Part shown: positions 38,104 through 48,390 of the stretch, one piece after another
How positions within the stretch are numbered: position 1 is the first letter of the stretch
Layout of the letters: the number at the start of each line of letters is the position of its first letter
DNA from: Bacilli bacterium
Lineage (GTDB): Bacteria > Bacillota_I > Bacilli_A > RFN20 > CAG-826
Assembly: GCA_024695105.1 (NCBI GenBank)
Contig: JAILIV010000021.1
Span: forward strand, 15,666 to 79,665
DNA: 64,000 nt
Direction: 5' to 3'
Notes under the pieces: generated by a model
Seen by the model: the letters and a program-made list of their open reading frames with translations, nothing else
What the model was told of the DNA's origin: nothing
The model's database searches: none
Translations under genes and position numbers: made by a program

Positions 38104-39128
38104 TGGCTAACATCGACCGCGCCGCGATCATCGCGCAATCCAAGGCCGAGCAGCAGAAGCACTACGCTTCCCAGCGCACGACCCGCATCGTCACCAACGT
38201 CATCGTCTATGTGATCTTGGTGATCATGTGCATCATCTGGGTCGCCCCCATCATCTGGGTCATCCTCCAGTCTTTCACCGGCCAGCTCGGCACCGCCGAC
38301 CAGAAGAACTTCGTCCCCGCGACCTTCTCCTTGAAGAACTACTATTCGATCTTCACCAACCGGCACGTCACCGCCGTCGAGCAGGGTGGTGGATGGCTCT
38401 CGGTCAACGAAGAGGTTTCCGCCTATAACTTCTTTTGGTCCACCGACTCCGCGAAAGGGTTCGTGTTTGGCTCCTTCATGGTGACCTTGCTGATCGCCGT
38501 GTTCACCGCCATCTTCTCGACCCTGTTCACCCTCGCCACCGCCTACGCCTTCTCGCGTCTTCGCTTCAAGGCCCGCCAACCCATGATGCGCGTCATCCTC
38601 ATCTTGGGCATGTTCCCGGGTTTCGTGGGCATGGTCGTCCTCTACAACATCTTCCGTATGATCGGCCTCACGGGCACGATCTGGTCGCTCATCATCATCT
38701 ATTCCGGCGGCGCCGGCATGGGCTATTACATCTCCAAGGGCTTCTTCGACACGATCTCCAAGCAGATCGACGAGGCGGCCATGGTCGATGGCGCGACCCG
38801 CTTCCAGATCTTCTACAAGATCACCCTTCCCCTCTCCAAGCCAATCGTCGTCTATACCCTCTTGACCTCGTTCATGGGCCCCTGGGCGGAGTACATCACG
38901 TCCTCCTATATCCTTGGCGGCGCCCAGAACAACAAAAACGGCACCCTGACGACGGTCGCCACCCAGCTCTACGACATGATCAACGCCACCGACGGCTCGA
39001 TCCGTGGTAAGTACTGGGGCGAATTCTGCGCCGGGGCCGTGCTCATCGGCGTCCCCGTCTCGTTGCTCTTCATCGCCATGCAGAAGAACTACGTGGGCGG
39101 CGTCACCGGCGGCGCGGTCAAGGGCTAA
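38103..39128 (+). CDS. ABC sugar permease (MalG-like)
   Basis: Six transmembrane helices and an EAA-like motif. TAATG overlap with the MalF-like gene. Confidence 0.85.
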   Translation: MANIDRAAIIAQSKAEQQKHYASQRTTRIVTNVIVYVILVIMCIIWVAPIIWVILQSFTGQLGTADQKNFVPATFSLKNYYSIFTNRHVTAVEQGGGWLSVNEEVSAYNFFWSTDSAKGFVFGSFMVTLLIAVFTAIFSTLFTLATAYAFSRLRFKARQPMMRVILILGMFPGFVGMVVLYNIFRMIGLTGTIWSLIIIYSGGAGMGYYISKGFFDTISKQIDEAAMVDGATRFQIFYKITLPLSKPIVVYTLLTSFMGPWAEYITSSYILGGAQNNKNGTLTTVATQLYDMINATDGSIRGKYWGEFCAGAVLIGVPVSLLFIAMQKNYVGGVTGGAVKG

Positions 39129-39194
39129 TCCCACAACCAACCCCAAGAAAGGGGGCAGCTCGCCCCCTTTCTTCTTGCATTAAGGAGAAAATCC

Positions 39195-40835
39195 ATGAAA
39201 AAAGCGACGCTTCTTCTCTTCCCGATGCTGCTTGCTTCCTGCGCCTCTGGCGGTGGGAGTGGCTCGTCGGAGTATTCCTACGAAAGGCAGACCACCTTCG
39301 ATTACGACGTCGACACTTCCGTCACGGGGGATTCCCGGACCGGATATGAGATCTTCGTCGGGTCCTTCGCCGATAGCAACGGCGATGGCTATGGCGATTT
39401 AAAGGGAATCGAAGACAAACTTGACTACCTGAAAGCCATCGGGGCCAGCATCCTGTGGCTCACCCCAATCCATCCTTCCGCGACGTACCATCATTATGAC
39501 GTGGAGGACTATTATGCCGTGGCCAGCCAGTTTGGCGACCTCGACGCCTTCTCCTCCCTTTGCCAAAAGGCGAGCCAAAAGGGCATGACCGTCATCATGG
39601 ACATGGTGTTCAACCACGCCTCCACGCGCTCGACGCTCTTCAAGACCGCGTTAGAGGATTACGTTAGCGGCAATACCAGCTCCACGTCGAAAAAGGATTA
39701 TTTCCGCTTCTCCGACGCCGCGCCGAGCCAAACCAAGGAAGGGCAGGTGTTCCGTTCCATCCAATATGGCGGCAAAACCGTGTGGTATGAATGCGACTTC
39801 GACTCCACCATGGCGGACTTCAATTTGGACGCCCAGGTGGTCCGCGACTTCCACGAGGAGGTCATGCGCTTCTGGATCGGCAAAGGAGCAGGGGGCTTCC
39901 GTTACGACGGCGTCGCCTATTATTATGCGGGCGAACAGGCCAAGAACACCGAATACGCCGGGTATTTGGCCACGAAAGCCAAAGCCATCAAGGAAGACGT
40001 CTACCTCATCGTCGAAAACTGGGAGAGCAGTTCGAGCTACGCCCGCATCGGCGCCTTCGCCGGAGTGGGGCAACACGCGTTCAACTTCCGTAACTCCGTC
40101 GACGGCACCAACTACTCGTTCGTGACGTACGTGAACCAGAAAAAAGGATCCTCCGTCAGCGCCAACACGGTATCCCTGCAAAAGGAAATCGCGAAGAAAT
40201 CGCCCGACGGCGATCCGGTCTTCTTCCTTTCCAACCACGATCAGGACCGCGTCTATAACTACACCTCGCTTTACTCCTCCGACCGCGTGGAGAAGATGAA
40301 GTGCATCGCCAGCCTCTATCTCCTCACCCCGGGCACTCCGTTTATGTACTATGGCGAGGAGATCGGGCTTCAAGGGAGCAGGGGAAGCGCCAACACCGAC
40401 GCCAATCGCCGCCTGCCCATGATTTGGCAGCCCACCAACGACTTCGCGCGTTGCTCCGATCCCGTGGGCACGACCTATAAGGCCGACGACCGCGCTTTGG
40501 AGGCCGCTCTTAAGAGCGTGGCGTCCGGAAACGGGCTGGCGCGCCATTACGTCAAGCTCAATCAAATCCGCGCCAAATTCCCCGCCATCTCCAAAGGCAC
40601 CTACGCCCAGCTCGAGGGGGCCGACACCACCTTGGCGGCCTATACGATTTCCTATCAGGGGAAGGATTACGTGCTCGCCACCAACCTCGATTCCAAATGC
40701 GGGTATTTCAACCTTCCCGAAGGCACCTATTCCATCGTCGACGAAGTGACGACGGTGGGGGTTCCCGCACAGCTTAGCGGGTCCAAGGTCGCCCTTCCCG
40801 AATACAGCAGCGTCCTTTTGGCGAAAACCGCCTAA
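39195..40835 (+). CDS. GH13 alpha-amylase / alpha-glucosidase-family lipoprotein
   Basis: Lipobox LLASCAS. GH13 regions DGYGDLKGIEDKLDYL, GFRYD and FLSNHDQDR. Confidence 0.8.
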   Translation: MKKATLLLFPMLLASCASGGGSGSSEYSYERQTTFDYDVDTSVTGDSRTGYEIFVGSFADSNGDGYGDLKGIEDKLDYLKAIGASILWLTPIHPSATYHHYDVEDYYAVASQFGDLDAFSSLCQKASQKGMTVIMDMVFNHASTRSTLFKTALEDYVSGNTSSTSKKDYFRFSDAAPSQTKEGQVFRSIQYGGKTVWYECDFDSTMADFNLDAQVVRDFHEEVMRFWIGKGAGGFRYDGVAYYYAGEQAKNTEYAGYLATKAKAIKEDVYLIVENWESSSSYARIGAFAGVGQHAFNFRNSVDGTNYSFVTYVNQKKGSSVSANTVSLQKEIAKKSPDGDPVFFLSNHDQDRVYNYTSLYSSDRVEKMKCIASLYLLTPGTPFMYYGEEIGLQGSRGSANTDANRRLPMIWQPTNDFARCSDPVGTTYKADDRALEAALKSVASGNGLARHYVKLNQIRAKFPAISKGTYAQLEGADTTLAAYTISYQGKDYVLATNLDSKCGYFNLPEGTYSIVDEVTTVGVPAQLSGSKVALPEYSSVLLAKTA

Positions 40836-40889
40836 CACAAACGCCCATGCGCGCCTTATAATCAATTCAACATCAAGGGAGATTCCTTT

Positions 40890-43800
40890 ATGAAAGCGAA
40901 CAAAACATTCTTGCTTCTTCTCGCGCCTTCCCTTTTCCTTTCCGCCTTGGCCGGTTGCACTTCTCCGCAGCAATCTTCCACCGGCGGGCAGTCCAACACG
41001 GGCGGGCTATCGAGTTCCAGCTATGAATCCACCAACCCCACCTCCACCGATACCGGCGGATCCCACACGGGCGGATTAAGCTCCGATTCGGCCGATTCCA
41101 GCGAAGAGATCCTCGAGGACGTCGAGTATAACGGCGCCCTCCGCATCTGGTACCACCGCGACGACATGTCCTACGACAGCCTGACCATCTACCTTTGGAA
41201 CCAAGGGGTCGACGGGCAGGAGTACGAGTGGACCGGAAGCGACGCGACCTATGGCGTCTACTTCGACATCGACCTCGGCACCTCCGAGCAATTCAAAGAC
41301 GCCGTCTCCACCGACATCCGCATGATCGTGAAGCAGCGGGGCACCTGGTCGGGACAATCCCAAGACACGTTCTGCTATTTCAACCGTTTCGAGGTGGTCG
41401 ACGATGTGATGAACATCTATACCTGCGCCGCCGAAAACGGCCTCATCGAGACCTACAAGAAGAAAGAGGACGCCCTCGGCGACCGTATCGAGAAATGCTA
41501 CTTCGGGTCCGACTGGAAGACCATCTACGTCACCGGTACGGGAACCCCCAACGGCCGCAGCGCCGCCGAAGTCGGCAAGGCCGAACGTTACGAGGTGTAC
41601 CGCTTCGACAAGACCTACTATCAGCTTAAGGAAGACGAGCGCGCCGCGGCGAAAGCCAACTACAAGATCCTGGAAGGCTCCGCCAGCACCAACGCGTTCA
41701 CGATTCCCTTAGGCAACGATCCGCTCGTTTTGTCCAGCACCTATGAGGTGGACGCCTACTTCAAGCTCAACCCGAGCAAAGTGAAGACGAAACTAGTCAA
41801 CGTGCGTTCCCTTTACGACACCTCCAAGTTCAAATCCGACTACACGTATAACGGGGATGACCTCGGTTTCACCCAAAACGCCGACGGCACCCGCACCTTC
41901 AAACTTTGGGCGCCGACCTCCGCCCGCGTCCAAATCCGCTTCTACCAGTCGGGCACCCCGCGTGCCTTGGGCGGATCGGGCCTAGCCAACTACCCCGCCT
42001 CCTTCGACATGGAACTGGGCGAGAAGGGCGTCTGGTCCTTCACCGAAACCGAGGACAACGTCGGCGCTTCCGTCTTCAAGAGGAAGTTCTACACCTATAA
42101 CGTCACCAACGCCGCCGGCACCTCCGAGACCATCGACCCGTATGCGAAGGCCTCCGGCGTCAACGGCATCCGCGGCGCGATGGTGGACCTCGACAAGGAC
42201 GCCGATGCCCAATACGAAGGGTTCGAAAACGTCGATAGCCTCCTCCCGAAGATCAAATCCTCCAACGAACTCACCGTCTACGAGGCCCATATCCGCGATT
42301 TGACCGCCGATAAGACCTGGACCTCCAACAAGGGTAACCTCCGTGGCGGCTATAACGCCTTCGTCGAGGAAGGGACCACCTATTCCTCCGGCAACTCCTC
42401 CGTCAAGACCGGCTTCGACCACATCAAGGAAATGGGCGTCAACGCCATCCAGTTGCTCCCCGTCTTCGACCAGGACAACGACGAGCGCACCGCGACGACC
42501 TACACCGACGTCAAGACCGATAACGGCGTGCTCAACCCCGCCACCTACAACTGGGGCTACAATCCGCTCAACTACAACATCGTGGAAGGCGCCTATTCGT
42601 CCAACCCGCAGAACCAGTACACCCGTATCCGCGAGTTCCGCGGCTTGGTCACCACGGCTGCCAAAAACGGCATCCGCATCATCATGGACGTGGTTTATAA
42701 CCACATGTCCTCGGTGAACAACAACGCCTTCTCCAAGATCGTCCCGCAATACTTCTTCCGCACCAACGCCAACGGCGACTACACCGATGGCTCCGGCTGC
42801 GGCAACGAGGTGGCCACCGAGCGTCCGATGATGTCCAAGTTCATCGCCGATTCCGTGGCGTTCTGGGCCAAGGCCTACAAGATCAAAGGCTTCCGCTTCG
42901 ACCTCATGGGCTGCATCGACATCGACACGATGAAAGCGGTGCGCACCGCGGTCAACAAAGTCGACCCGACCATCGTCCTCTATGGCGAAGGTTGGACCGG
43001 CGGCGGCTCCTCTTTGGATGGCGCCAAGCAATCCAGCACCAACAACGTCTACGCCAAGCTCAACGTCAACGACACCTTCCCGGTCGGCTGCTTCAACGAC
43101 GCGGGACGCGATGGCTCCAAGGGCAACACCAAGTGGGCCGACGTCGTGCCTAACGGCGGCTGGATCAACGAGAGCAGCAACGTCGACAACGTCTATAACG
43201 CCCTCACCCAGATCCTGGGCGAGAACCGCTGGGCCAAGCAAGCCAACGGCGGGGACAGCTTCAAGATGAACCCCAACCAGACCGTCAACTACATGGCCTG
43301 CCACGACAACTACACCCTCTACGACCAGATCAACTACCTGTTCTACGGCCACGATTCCACCTTCGGCGACGGCGGCCACGAATATGTCATGCAGGCCGCG
43401 ACCGGATTGACCGCGCTGTCCCTCATGGGGCAAGGCATCGGCTTCATCAACGGCGGCGACGAAATCTTCCGCCAGAAGCTCTGCGCCAAAGGCGACTATT
43501 GGTTCGACGAGCTCGTCGCTTCCTATAAGCACGCCAGCAACGGCACCGATTCCTGGATCGAGGGCGATGGCATCAAGATCAGCAACGCCCTCTGGCTCGT
43601 CCGCAACTCCTACAAATACGGCGACGCCGTGAACTCCTACAAGTGGGACCGCAAGGCGAACCCGAAGGTCAACAAGTACTACGAGAAGATCAGGGAAATG
43701 GTCGCCCTTCGTTCCGCCGAAATGGGCAACACCCTCGGCCAGACCCAGGCCAAAGTCGCCGCGGATGGCACCACCTGCTGGAGCTACGCCGACCTCTTCG

Positions 43801-44057
43801 ACGAGGAAGGACGCCCCGTGACCGACTTGCTTGCCGGCCACTTCAAGGGTGCGGATGGCAAGGCCACCTACATCTTCGTCAACAAGGGCAACGGCCCGGC
43901 CTCCATCGGCATCGGCGATGGCAAGATGAAGGTCCTCTATTCCTCCACCGGCGACCACAAAGCCGGCAGCGAGATCGTGGTCCCCGCCACGGGCGAAGGC
44001 GCCTACAAAATCACCGCGCAGAAGTTCGAGTGTCTGATCGTCCGCAAGGTCGCCTAA
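40890..44057 (+). CDS. Large pullulanase / amylopullulanase lipoprotein (GH13), 1055 aa
   Basis: Lipobox LSALAGCTS, a Ser/Thr-rich linker, and pullulanase signatures YNWGYNPLNYNIVEGAYSSNP and GFRFDLMG. Confidence 0.85.
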   Translation: MKANKTFLLLLAPSLFLSALAGCTSPQQSSTGGQSNTGGLSSSSYESTNPTSTDTGGSHTGGLSSDSADSSEEILEDVEYNGALRIWYHRDDMSYDSLTIYLWNQGVDGQEYEWTGSDATYGVYFDIDLGTSEQFKDAVSTDIRMIVKQRGTWSGQSQDTFCYFNRFEVVDDVMNIYTCAAENGLIETYKKKEDALGDRIEKCYFGSDWKTIYVTGTGTPNGRSAAEVGKAERYEVYRFDKTYYQLKEDERAAAKANYKILEGSASTNAFTIPLGNDPLVLSSTYEVDAYFKLNPSKVKTKLVNVRSLYDTSKFKSDYTYNGDDLGFTQNADGTRTFKLWAPTSARVQIRFYQSGTPRALGGSGLANYPASFDMELGEKGVWSFTETEDNVGASVFKRKFYTYNVTNAAGTSETIDPYAKASGVNGIRGAMVDLDKDADAQYEGFENVDSLLPKIKSSNELTVYEAHIRDLTADKTWTSNKGNLRGGYNAFVEEGTTYSSGNSSVKTGFDHIKEMGVNAIQLLPVFDQDNDERTATTYTDVKTDNGVLNPATYNWGYNPLNYNIVEGAYSSNPQNQYTRIREFRGLVTTAAKNGIRIIMDVVYNHMSSVNNNAFSKIVPQYFFRTNANGDYTDGSGCGNEVATERPMMSKFIADSVAFWAKAYKIKGFRFDLMGCIDIDTMKAVRTAVNKVDPTIVLYGEGWTGGGSSLDGAKQSSTNNVYAKLNVNDTFPVGCFNDAGRDGSKGNTKWADVVPNGGWINESSNVDNVYNALTQILGENRWAKQANGGDSFKMNPNQTVNYMACHDNYTLYDQINYLFYGHDSTFGDGGHEYVMQAATGLTALSLMGQGIGFINGGDEIFRQKLCAKGDYWFDELVASYKHASNGTDSWIEGDGIKISNALWLVRNSYKYGDAVNSYKWDRKANPKVNKYYEKIREMVALRSAEMGNTLGQTQAKVAADGTTCWSYADLFDEEGRPVTDLLAGHFKGADGKATYIFVNKGNGPASIGIGDGKMKVLYSSTGDHKAGSEIVVPATGEGAYKITAQKFECLIVRKVA

Positions 44058-44073
44058 ATCCCCAACAAATCCC

Positions 44074-44106
44074 AAGGGTCGGTTCGCGCCGACCCTTTTC
44101 TTTTTC
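44074..44106 (+). terminator. Rho-independent terminator
   Basis: AAGGGTCGG-ttcgcg-CCGACCCTT hairpin followed by TTCTTTTTC. Confidence 0.6.
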
Positions 44107-44275
44107 GCATGAAGGACAAAAAAACGCCAAGTCCGCATCGGCGTTTTCCCTTTGGAAGGCAGTAGGGGAACCCACCGAGGCGAAAATACGTTCCTTTTTG
44201 TAAAAAAGGTACCTATGCAAGCGCTTTCAAACTATAATGGGAGGCATCTAAGGCCAATTAAGGAGGGCCATAATC

Positions 44276-45538
44276 ATGAAAATTAGGAATTCGATTGCAA
44301 TCCTAGCGTTCTCCGCCGCGTTTTTGTTAGCTGCCTGCGGCGGTGGCAACGACCAACCCACTCCCAGCAGCTCCAGCACCCCCTCGGGCACGAGCCAGAC
44401 CAGCTCCATCCTTCCCTCGAACAAGATCACCGTCACCTTCAACTCCAACGGTGGCAGCCCCGTTGCGTCCCAGACCATCGACAAAGGCGGCAAGGCGACC
44501 AAACCCGCCAACCCCACCAAGGAAGGCTTCACCTTCGGCGCCTGGCACATCGATGCGGCGTTAAGCACCGAGTTCGATTTCAACGAGACCCTCGACACCG
44601 ATACCACCCTCTACGCTTCCTGGAACTCCGCCGAGCCCACCTCGAGCGATTCCACCCCGAGCGGTGAGGAAGGCGTGCTCTACTTCCGCGAATCTACCTG
44701 GTGGAATAGCGGCACCGGCAAGACTTACGTCTCCGTCAATGGCGCCGGCCTGACGGGCGAAAACGGCAACTTCACCGAAATCGACTTTGACGCCCTCATC
44801 CCGCTGAACTACGTGTCCACCGTGAAGGAAAGCGCCACCGCCTATTACAACTACAACTCCGTCGACATCGAAAACCTCGGCGAAGACATCGAGACCATCC
44901 AGTTTGTCCGCTGCGGCCCGCATTACGAAGAAGACGAGCCCACCGACGTGATGGAATACTGGGGCGCCGCCTCCGTCGTGATCGATTGGTCGACCAAAGG
45001 CGAGAACAACATGTATGACCTCCACGATGCCGAAAAGCCCGCCGCCTGGGAGGAAGGCGCCGCGGAAGGCGCCAGCCGCGAAGCGACCGGCGCTTGGGGC
45101 GTCTATGATCCTTCCGAGGATTCCTCCACTCCCAGCGAAGATAGCTCCACCGAGCCCGTCAGTGGCGACTACTATGGCCCCGATGGCTCCGAGCTCGTCT
45201 CCTGGTACATCGCCGGCGAAGGCAAACTCTTCTCCGGATGGAGCCTCGATGGCGGCATCCAGCTCTTCTCCAACCCGGAGAACCCCGAAGACAAGGGCTG
45301 CGTCCTCAACGTCGAATTCGCGGAAGGCGACACCTTCAAAGTCACCGACGGCACGACCTGGTATGGCTACGAGAAGTGCGACCCGTACGAGGGCGAAGCC
45401 AACGCCGGCAAGACCCACTTCACCGGCGTCTCCGACGGCTATGGCGGCAGCAACTGGCAGTGCACCATCGCCGGATTCTTCGACATCTACGTCAACGCCT
45501 CCGGTGTGTTCTGGGTTCAAGTCCACGCCGCCGAATAA
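44276..45538 (+). CDS. Lipoprotein with an N-terminal Listeria-Bacteroides (Flg_new) repeat and an unassigned ~330-aa C-terminal domain; paralog of 48391..49614
   Basis: Lipobox LLAACGG. The repeat module is TVTFNSNGGSPV...GFTFGAWH...LYASW. The C-terminal region (LYFRESTWWN...CDPYEGEANAGK...FWVQVHA) is shared with the paralog. Confidence 0.6.
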   Translation: MKIRNSIAILAFSAAFLLAACGGGNDQPTPSSSSTPSGTSQTSSILPSNKITVTFNSNGGSPVASQTIDKGGKATKPANPTKEGFTFGAWHIDAALSTEFDFNETLDTDTTLYASWNSAEPTSSDSTPSGEEGVLYFRESTWWNSGTGKTYVSVNGAGLTGENGNFTEIDFDALIPLNYVSTVKESATAYYNYNSVDIENLGEDIETIQFVRCGPHYEEDEPTDVMEYWGAASVVIDWSTKGENNMYDLHDAEKPAAWEEGAAEGASREATGAWGVYDPSEDSSTPSEDSSTEPVSGDYYGPDGSELVSWYIAGEGKLFSGWSLDGGIQLFSNPENPEDKGCVLNVEFAEGDTFKVTDGTTWYGYEKCDPYEGEANAGKTHFTGVSDGYGGSNWQCTIAGFFDIYVNASGVFWVQVHAAE

Positions 45539-45611
45539 ACTTCATCACCAAGCGCCTCGGGGCCCAAATAGGGGCCTCGGGGCCTTCCCTATGTAATAAA
45601 GGAGAAAAACA

Positions 45612-48365
45612 ATGGACAAAATGAAACACCTTGCCCGATTGCTCGTCCTCTCCGCGGGAATGCTTTGCGCCGTCAGCTGCGGCAATAACGCAGGCGGTGG
45701 GGAAACCCCCTCGTCCGGTTCTGCCGTCAGCAGCTCGATCAGCGGAAGCGTCGCGCAGCAATTCACGGTCCGCTTCAATTCCTGCGGCGGCACCGCGGTC
45801 GACAAGAAAGTCGTCACGGCCGGAAGCAAGATCCAAACCGCGCCGACCACGACCCGCGACGGTTATTCCTTCGAGGGGTGGTGCACCGAGTACAATGGCT
45901 CACAGGGCACCGCGGGCACGGAAGTCACCTTCCCCCTCACGGTCAACGAGAATATGATGCTCTACGCCCGCTGGACCAAAGCCAGCGCCGGCAGCCATAC
46001 CCAAGAGCAGATCGATGCTTACATCGAGTCGTTGAAGCAATCCTCGGTCAAAGACCACGTTTACTTCCATTACTATCGCTTCGATAACAAACCCGCCTCT
46101 TACTCCGACTGGGATATCTGGTGCTGGCCATACCGTCCGAAGGAGGGCGAAGGCGCCCGCTTCGACTGGACGGGGCGCACGACCTCCGCGGACAAGCTTA
46201 GCGCCACCGGCGACGCCATCGTTGACGAATTCGGCGGCGCCGTGGCCGACATCGACCTCACCAAAGAGTACGACGGCGGCGCGAAGAACCGCGGCAAGAC
46301 CATCGGCGGCACCAAAGTCAGCTTCTATCAGAAAGATGGCGTGACGCTCGATACGCAGATCGGAATCCAGGTCGTCAAATCGTCCACCCGTGGAGGGTCC
46401 GGCGAATTCTGGACCAACGACGGCGGCGACCTCCACGTCGATTTGACCAAGCCCGAAGAGGCTTTGGCCATCCAGACCACCGACGGCGGCACCGCCTGGC
46501 ACATCTTCGCCCTCCAAGACAAAGTCGCCTCCTACGGTTCGAAGGTCATCAACGACATGTCCGACCCCTTCGAGGACGACGATGGCAAGAAGGTGACCCG
46601 TGGCAACGCGGCCTATAACGACGTCAATTGGAACGAGACCGCCCCGATCCAAGCCACCGCGGGAAGCTTTGCTTCCGGCGTGGGCGTGGGCTATCAGATC
46701 CAGGTCGCCTGCTTCGCCGACTCCGATGGCGATGGCTTCGGCGACATCTATGGCATCACCTCCAAACTCGACTACCTCAAGAAGCTCGGCGTCAAGGCCC
46801 TCTGGCTTACGCCGGTCCAAAAATCGGATAGCTATCACGGCTACGACATCTCCGATTACGAGGCCGTCGACGCCAAGTACGGCTCGTCCGTTTCCACCGC
46901 GGCCAAGGCCAACGGCAACAAAGTGACCCCCGCGACCGCGATGGCCGACTACGAGGAACTCATCAAAAAGGCCCATGACAACGGCATGAAGGTCATCATG
47001 GACCTCGTCCTCAACCATACCTCTACCTCCAACAAGTGGTTCATCTCCTCAGCGCAGCTTGACGACGATTACCGCGGCTACTACCAGTGGGGCAACCACG
47101 AGACCGACTCCGGCGTCACCGAGAAGAAGTGCTGGTACCCCTATGGCGACCACGCCTATTCCTACTACGCCAAGTTCGGTTCCTCCATGCCGGAGCTCAA
47201 CTACCAGTACAAGGCCACCCGCAAGGCGGTCGAGGACATGTCCCTCTATTGGTGCGCCAAAGGCGTGGATGGCTTCCGCCTCGACGCCGTCAAGCACATC
47301 TTCATGACGGACGAAGTGGTCTCGGGCAATAAAGACACCTTAATCATGGACGTGGCCGCCAAAGGCGACTATTCGTCCAATCTCACGAAGAACCTCCATT
47401 TCTACCGTGAGCTCAACAAGGCGGTCAAATCCAAATACCCGAACACTTTCTTCGTCGGCGAGAACTTCGACGGCCACGCCTACCATGTCTCGCCATGGTA
47501 TCAGGCCTTCGACTCCATGTTCGACTTCTACGGGTACTTCAACCTCACCTCCGCCGCCGCCCACGCCCATGGCAACTACACCGCCGGGCCGACGTTCGGA
47601 TCCATGATGACCAAGACCGATACCTTCAGCATCGACGGGTCCATCAAGGACAAGTCCGGCATCTATAACGGCGTCTCCGGCAGCAAGAAGTGGAACCTCG
47701 TCGACGTGGTCTCCTCCTACAACCATTACCGTAATGGCAAAGCCATGCCGGGCTTCTTCACCTCCAACCACGACATCGCCCGCGTCATCAACCGCTGCGC
47801 CGGCACCACCGGCAACGCCGATGGCTTGGACGAGCAGGGCAGCATCACCGCGAACAACTACCCGGAGTACCGCAAGCTCTCCGACTGCGTAAAAGCGGCG
47901 GAAATCCTGCTCCCTGGCCTTACCTGGATCTACTACGGCGACGAAATCGGCATGACCGGCAACTTCCCTTCGGGCAAGACCTCGGCCTCCGACTACGCCG
48001 ACCTCTGGTGGCGCCAGCCGATGAAGTGGACCCAAGGCGGCAAAGTCCAAGACGGATCCATGACCACCGGCTTCTCGATCACCGGCTCCGCGGCTTCGAT
48101 CGTGTGGGACAACATCAACTCCACCGACAAGGTCGTCCCGGCCAACACGCAGATGAACGACACCAACTCCGAGTTCTCCAAACTCGCGAAGGTCATCGCG
48201 TTCAAGAACGCCAACCCCGGCATGATCACCGGAACCCTCTCCGACCAGGGCTCGGACACCAACAACCTGAAGTTCAAAAACGGCGACGTCACCGTCACCA
48301 TCAACTTCAAGAACTACACGGTTTCCACCAGCGGTGGCAGCGGTAGCCTCAATATCAGTTTCTAA
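45612..48365 (+). CDS. Surface GH13 alpha-amylase lipoprotein with an N-terminal Flg_new repeat and accessory domains
   Basis: Lipobox AVSCGNN. The Flg_new repeat is FTVRFNSCGG...GYSFEGW...LYARW. GH13 regions are FGDIYGITSKLDYLKKLGV, GFRLDAVKHI, GENFD and FTSNHD. Confidence 0.8.
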   Translation: MDKMKHLARLLVLSAGMLCAVSCGNNAGGGETPSSGSAVSSSISGSVAQQFTVRFNSCGGTAVDKKVVTAGSKIQTAPTTTRDGYSFEGWCTEYNGSQGTAGTEVTFPLTVNENMMLYARWTKASAGSHTQEQIDAYIESLKQSSVKDHVYFHYYRFDNKPASYSDWDIWCWPYRPKEGEGARFDWTGRTTSADKLSATGDAIVDEFGGAVADIDLTKEYDGGAKNRGKTIGGTKVSFYQKDGVTLDTQIGIQVVKSSTRGGSGEFWTNDGGDLHVDLTKPEEALAIQTTDGGTAWHIFALQDKVASYGSKVINDMSDPFEDDDGKKVTRGNAAYNDVNWNETAPIQATAGSFASGVGVGYQIQVACFADSDGDGFGDIYGITSKLDYLKKLGVKALWLTPVQKSDSYHGYDISDYEAVDAKYGSSVSTAAKANGNKVTPATAMADYEELIKKAHDNGMKVIMDLVLNHTSTSNKWFISSAQLDDDYRGYYQWGNHETDSGVTEKKCWYPYGDHAYSYYAKFGSSMPELNYQYKATRKAVEDMSLYWCAKGVDGFRLDAVKHIFMTDEVVSGNKDTLIMDVAAKGDYSSNLTKNLHFYRELNKAVKSKYPNTFFVGENFDGHAYHVSPWYQAFDSMFDFYGYFNLTSAAAHAHGNYTAGPTFGSMMTKTDTFSIDGSIKDKSGIYNGVSGSKKWNLVDVVSSYNHYRNGKAMPGFFTSNHDIARVINRCAGTTGNADGLDEQGSITANNYPEYRKLSDCVKAAEILLPGLTWIYYGDEIGMTGNFPSGKTSASDYADLWWRQPMKWTQGGKVQDGSMTTGFSITGSAASIVWDNINSTDKVVPANTQMNDTNSEFSKLAKVIAFKNANPGMITGTLSDQGSDTNNLKFKNGDVTVTINFKNYTVSTSGGSGSLNISF

Positions 48366-48390
48366 ATAGAGAAAGGATAAACACCAACCC

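Noticed and set aside
41982-44138. 718-aa minus-strand ORF antisense to the amylopullulanase gene, with similar cases at 45900..47018, 47340..48452, 50175..51581 and 55614..56600
   Set aside because: Gly/Val/Asp-rich antisense artefacts. The sense genes have clear GH13 or SecDF signatures.
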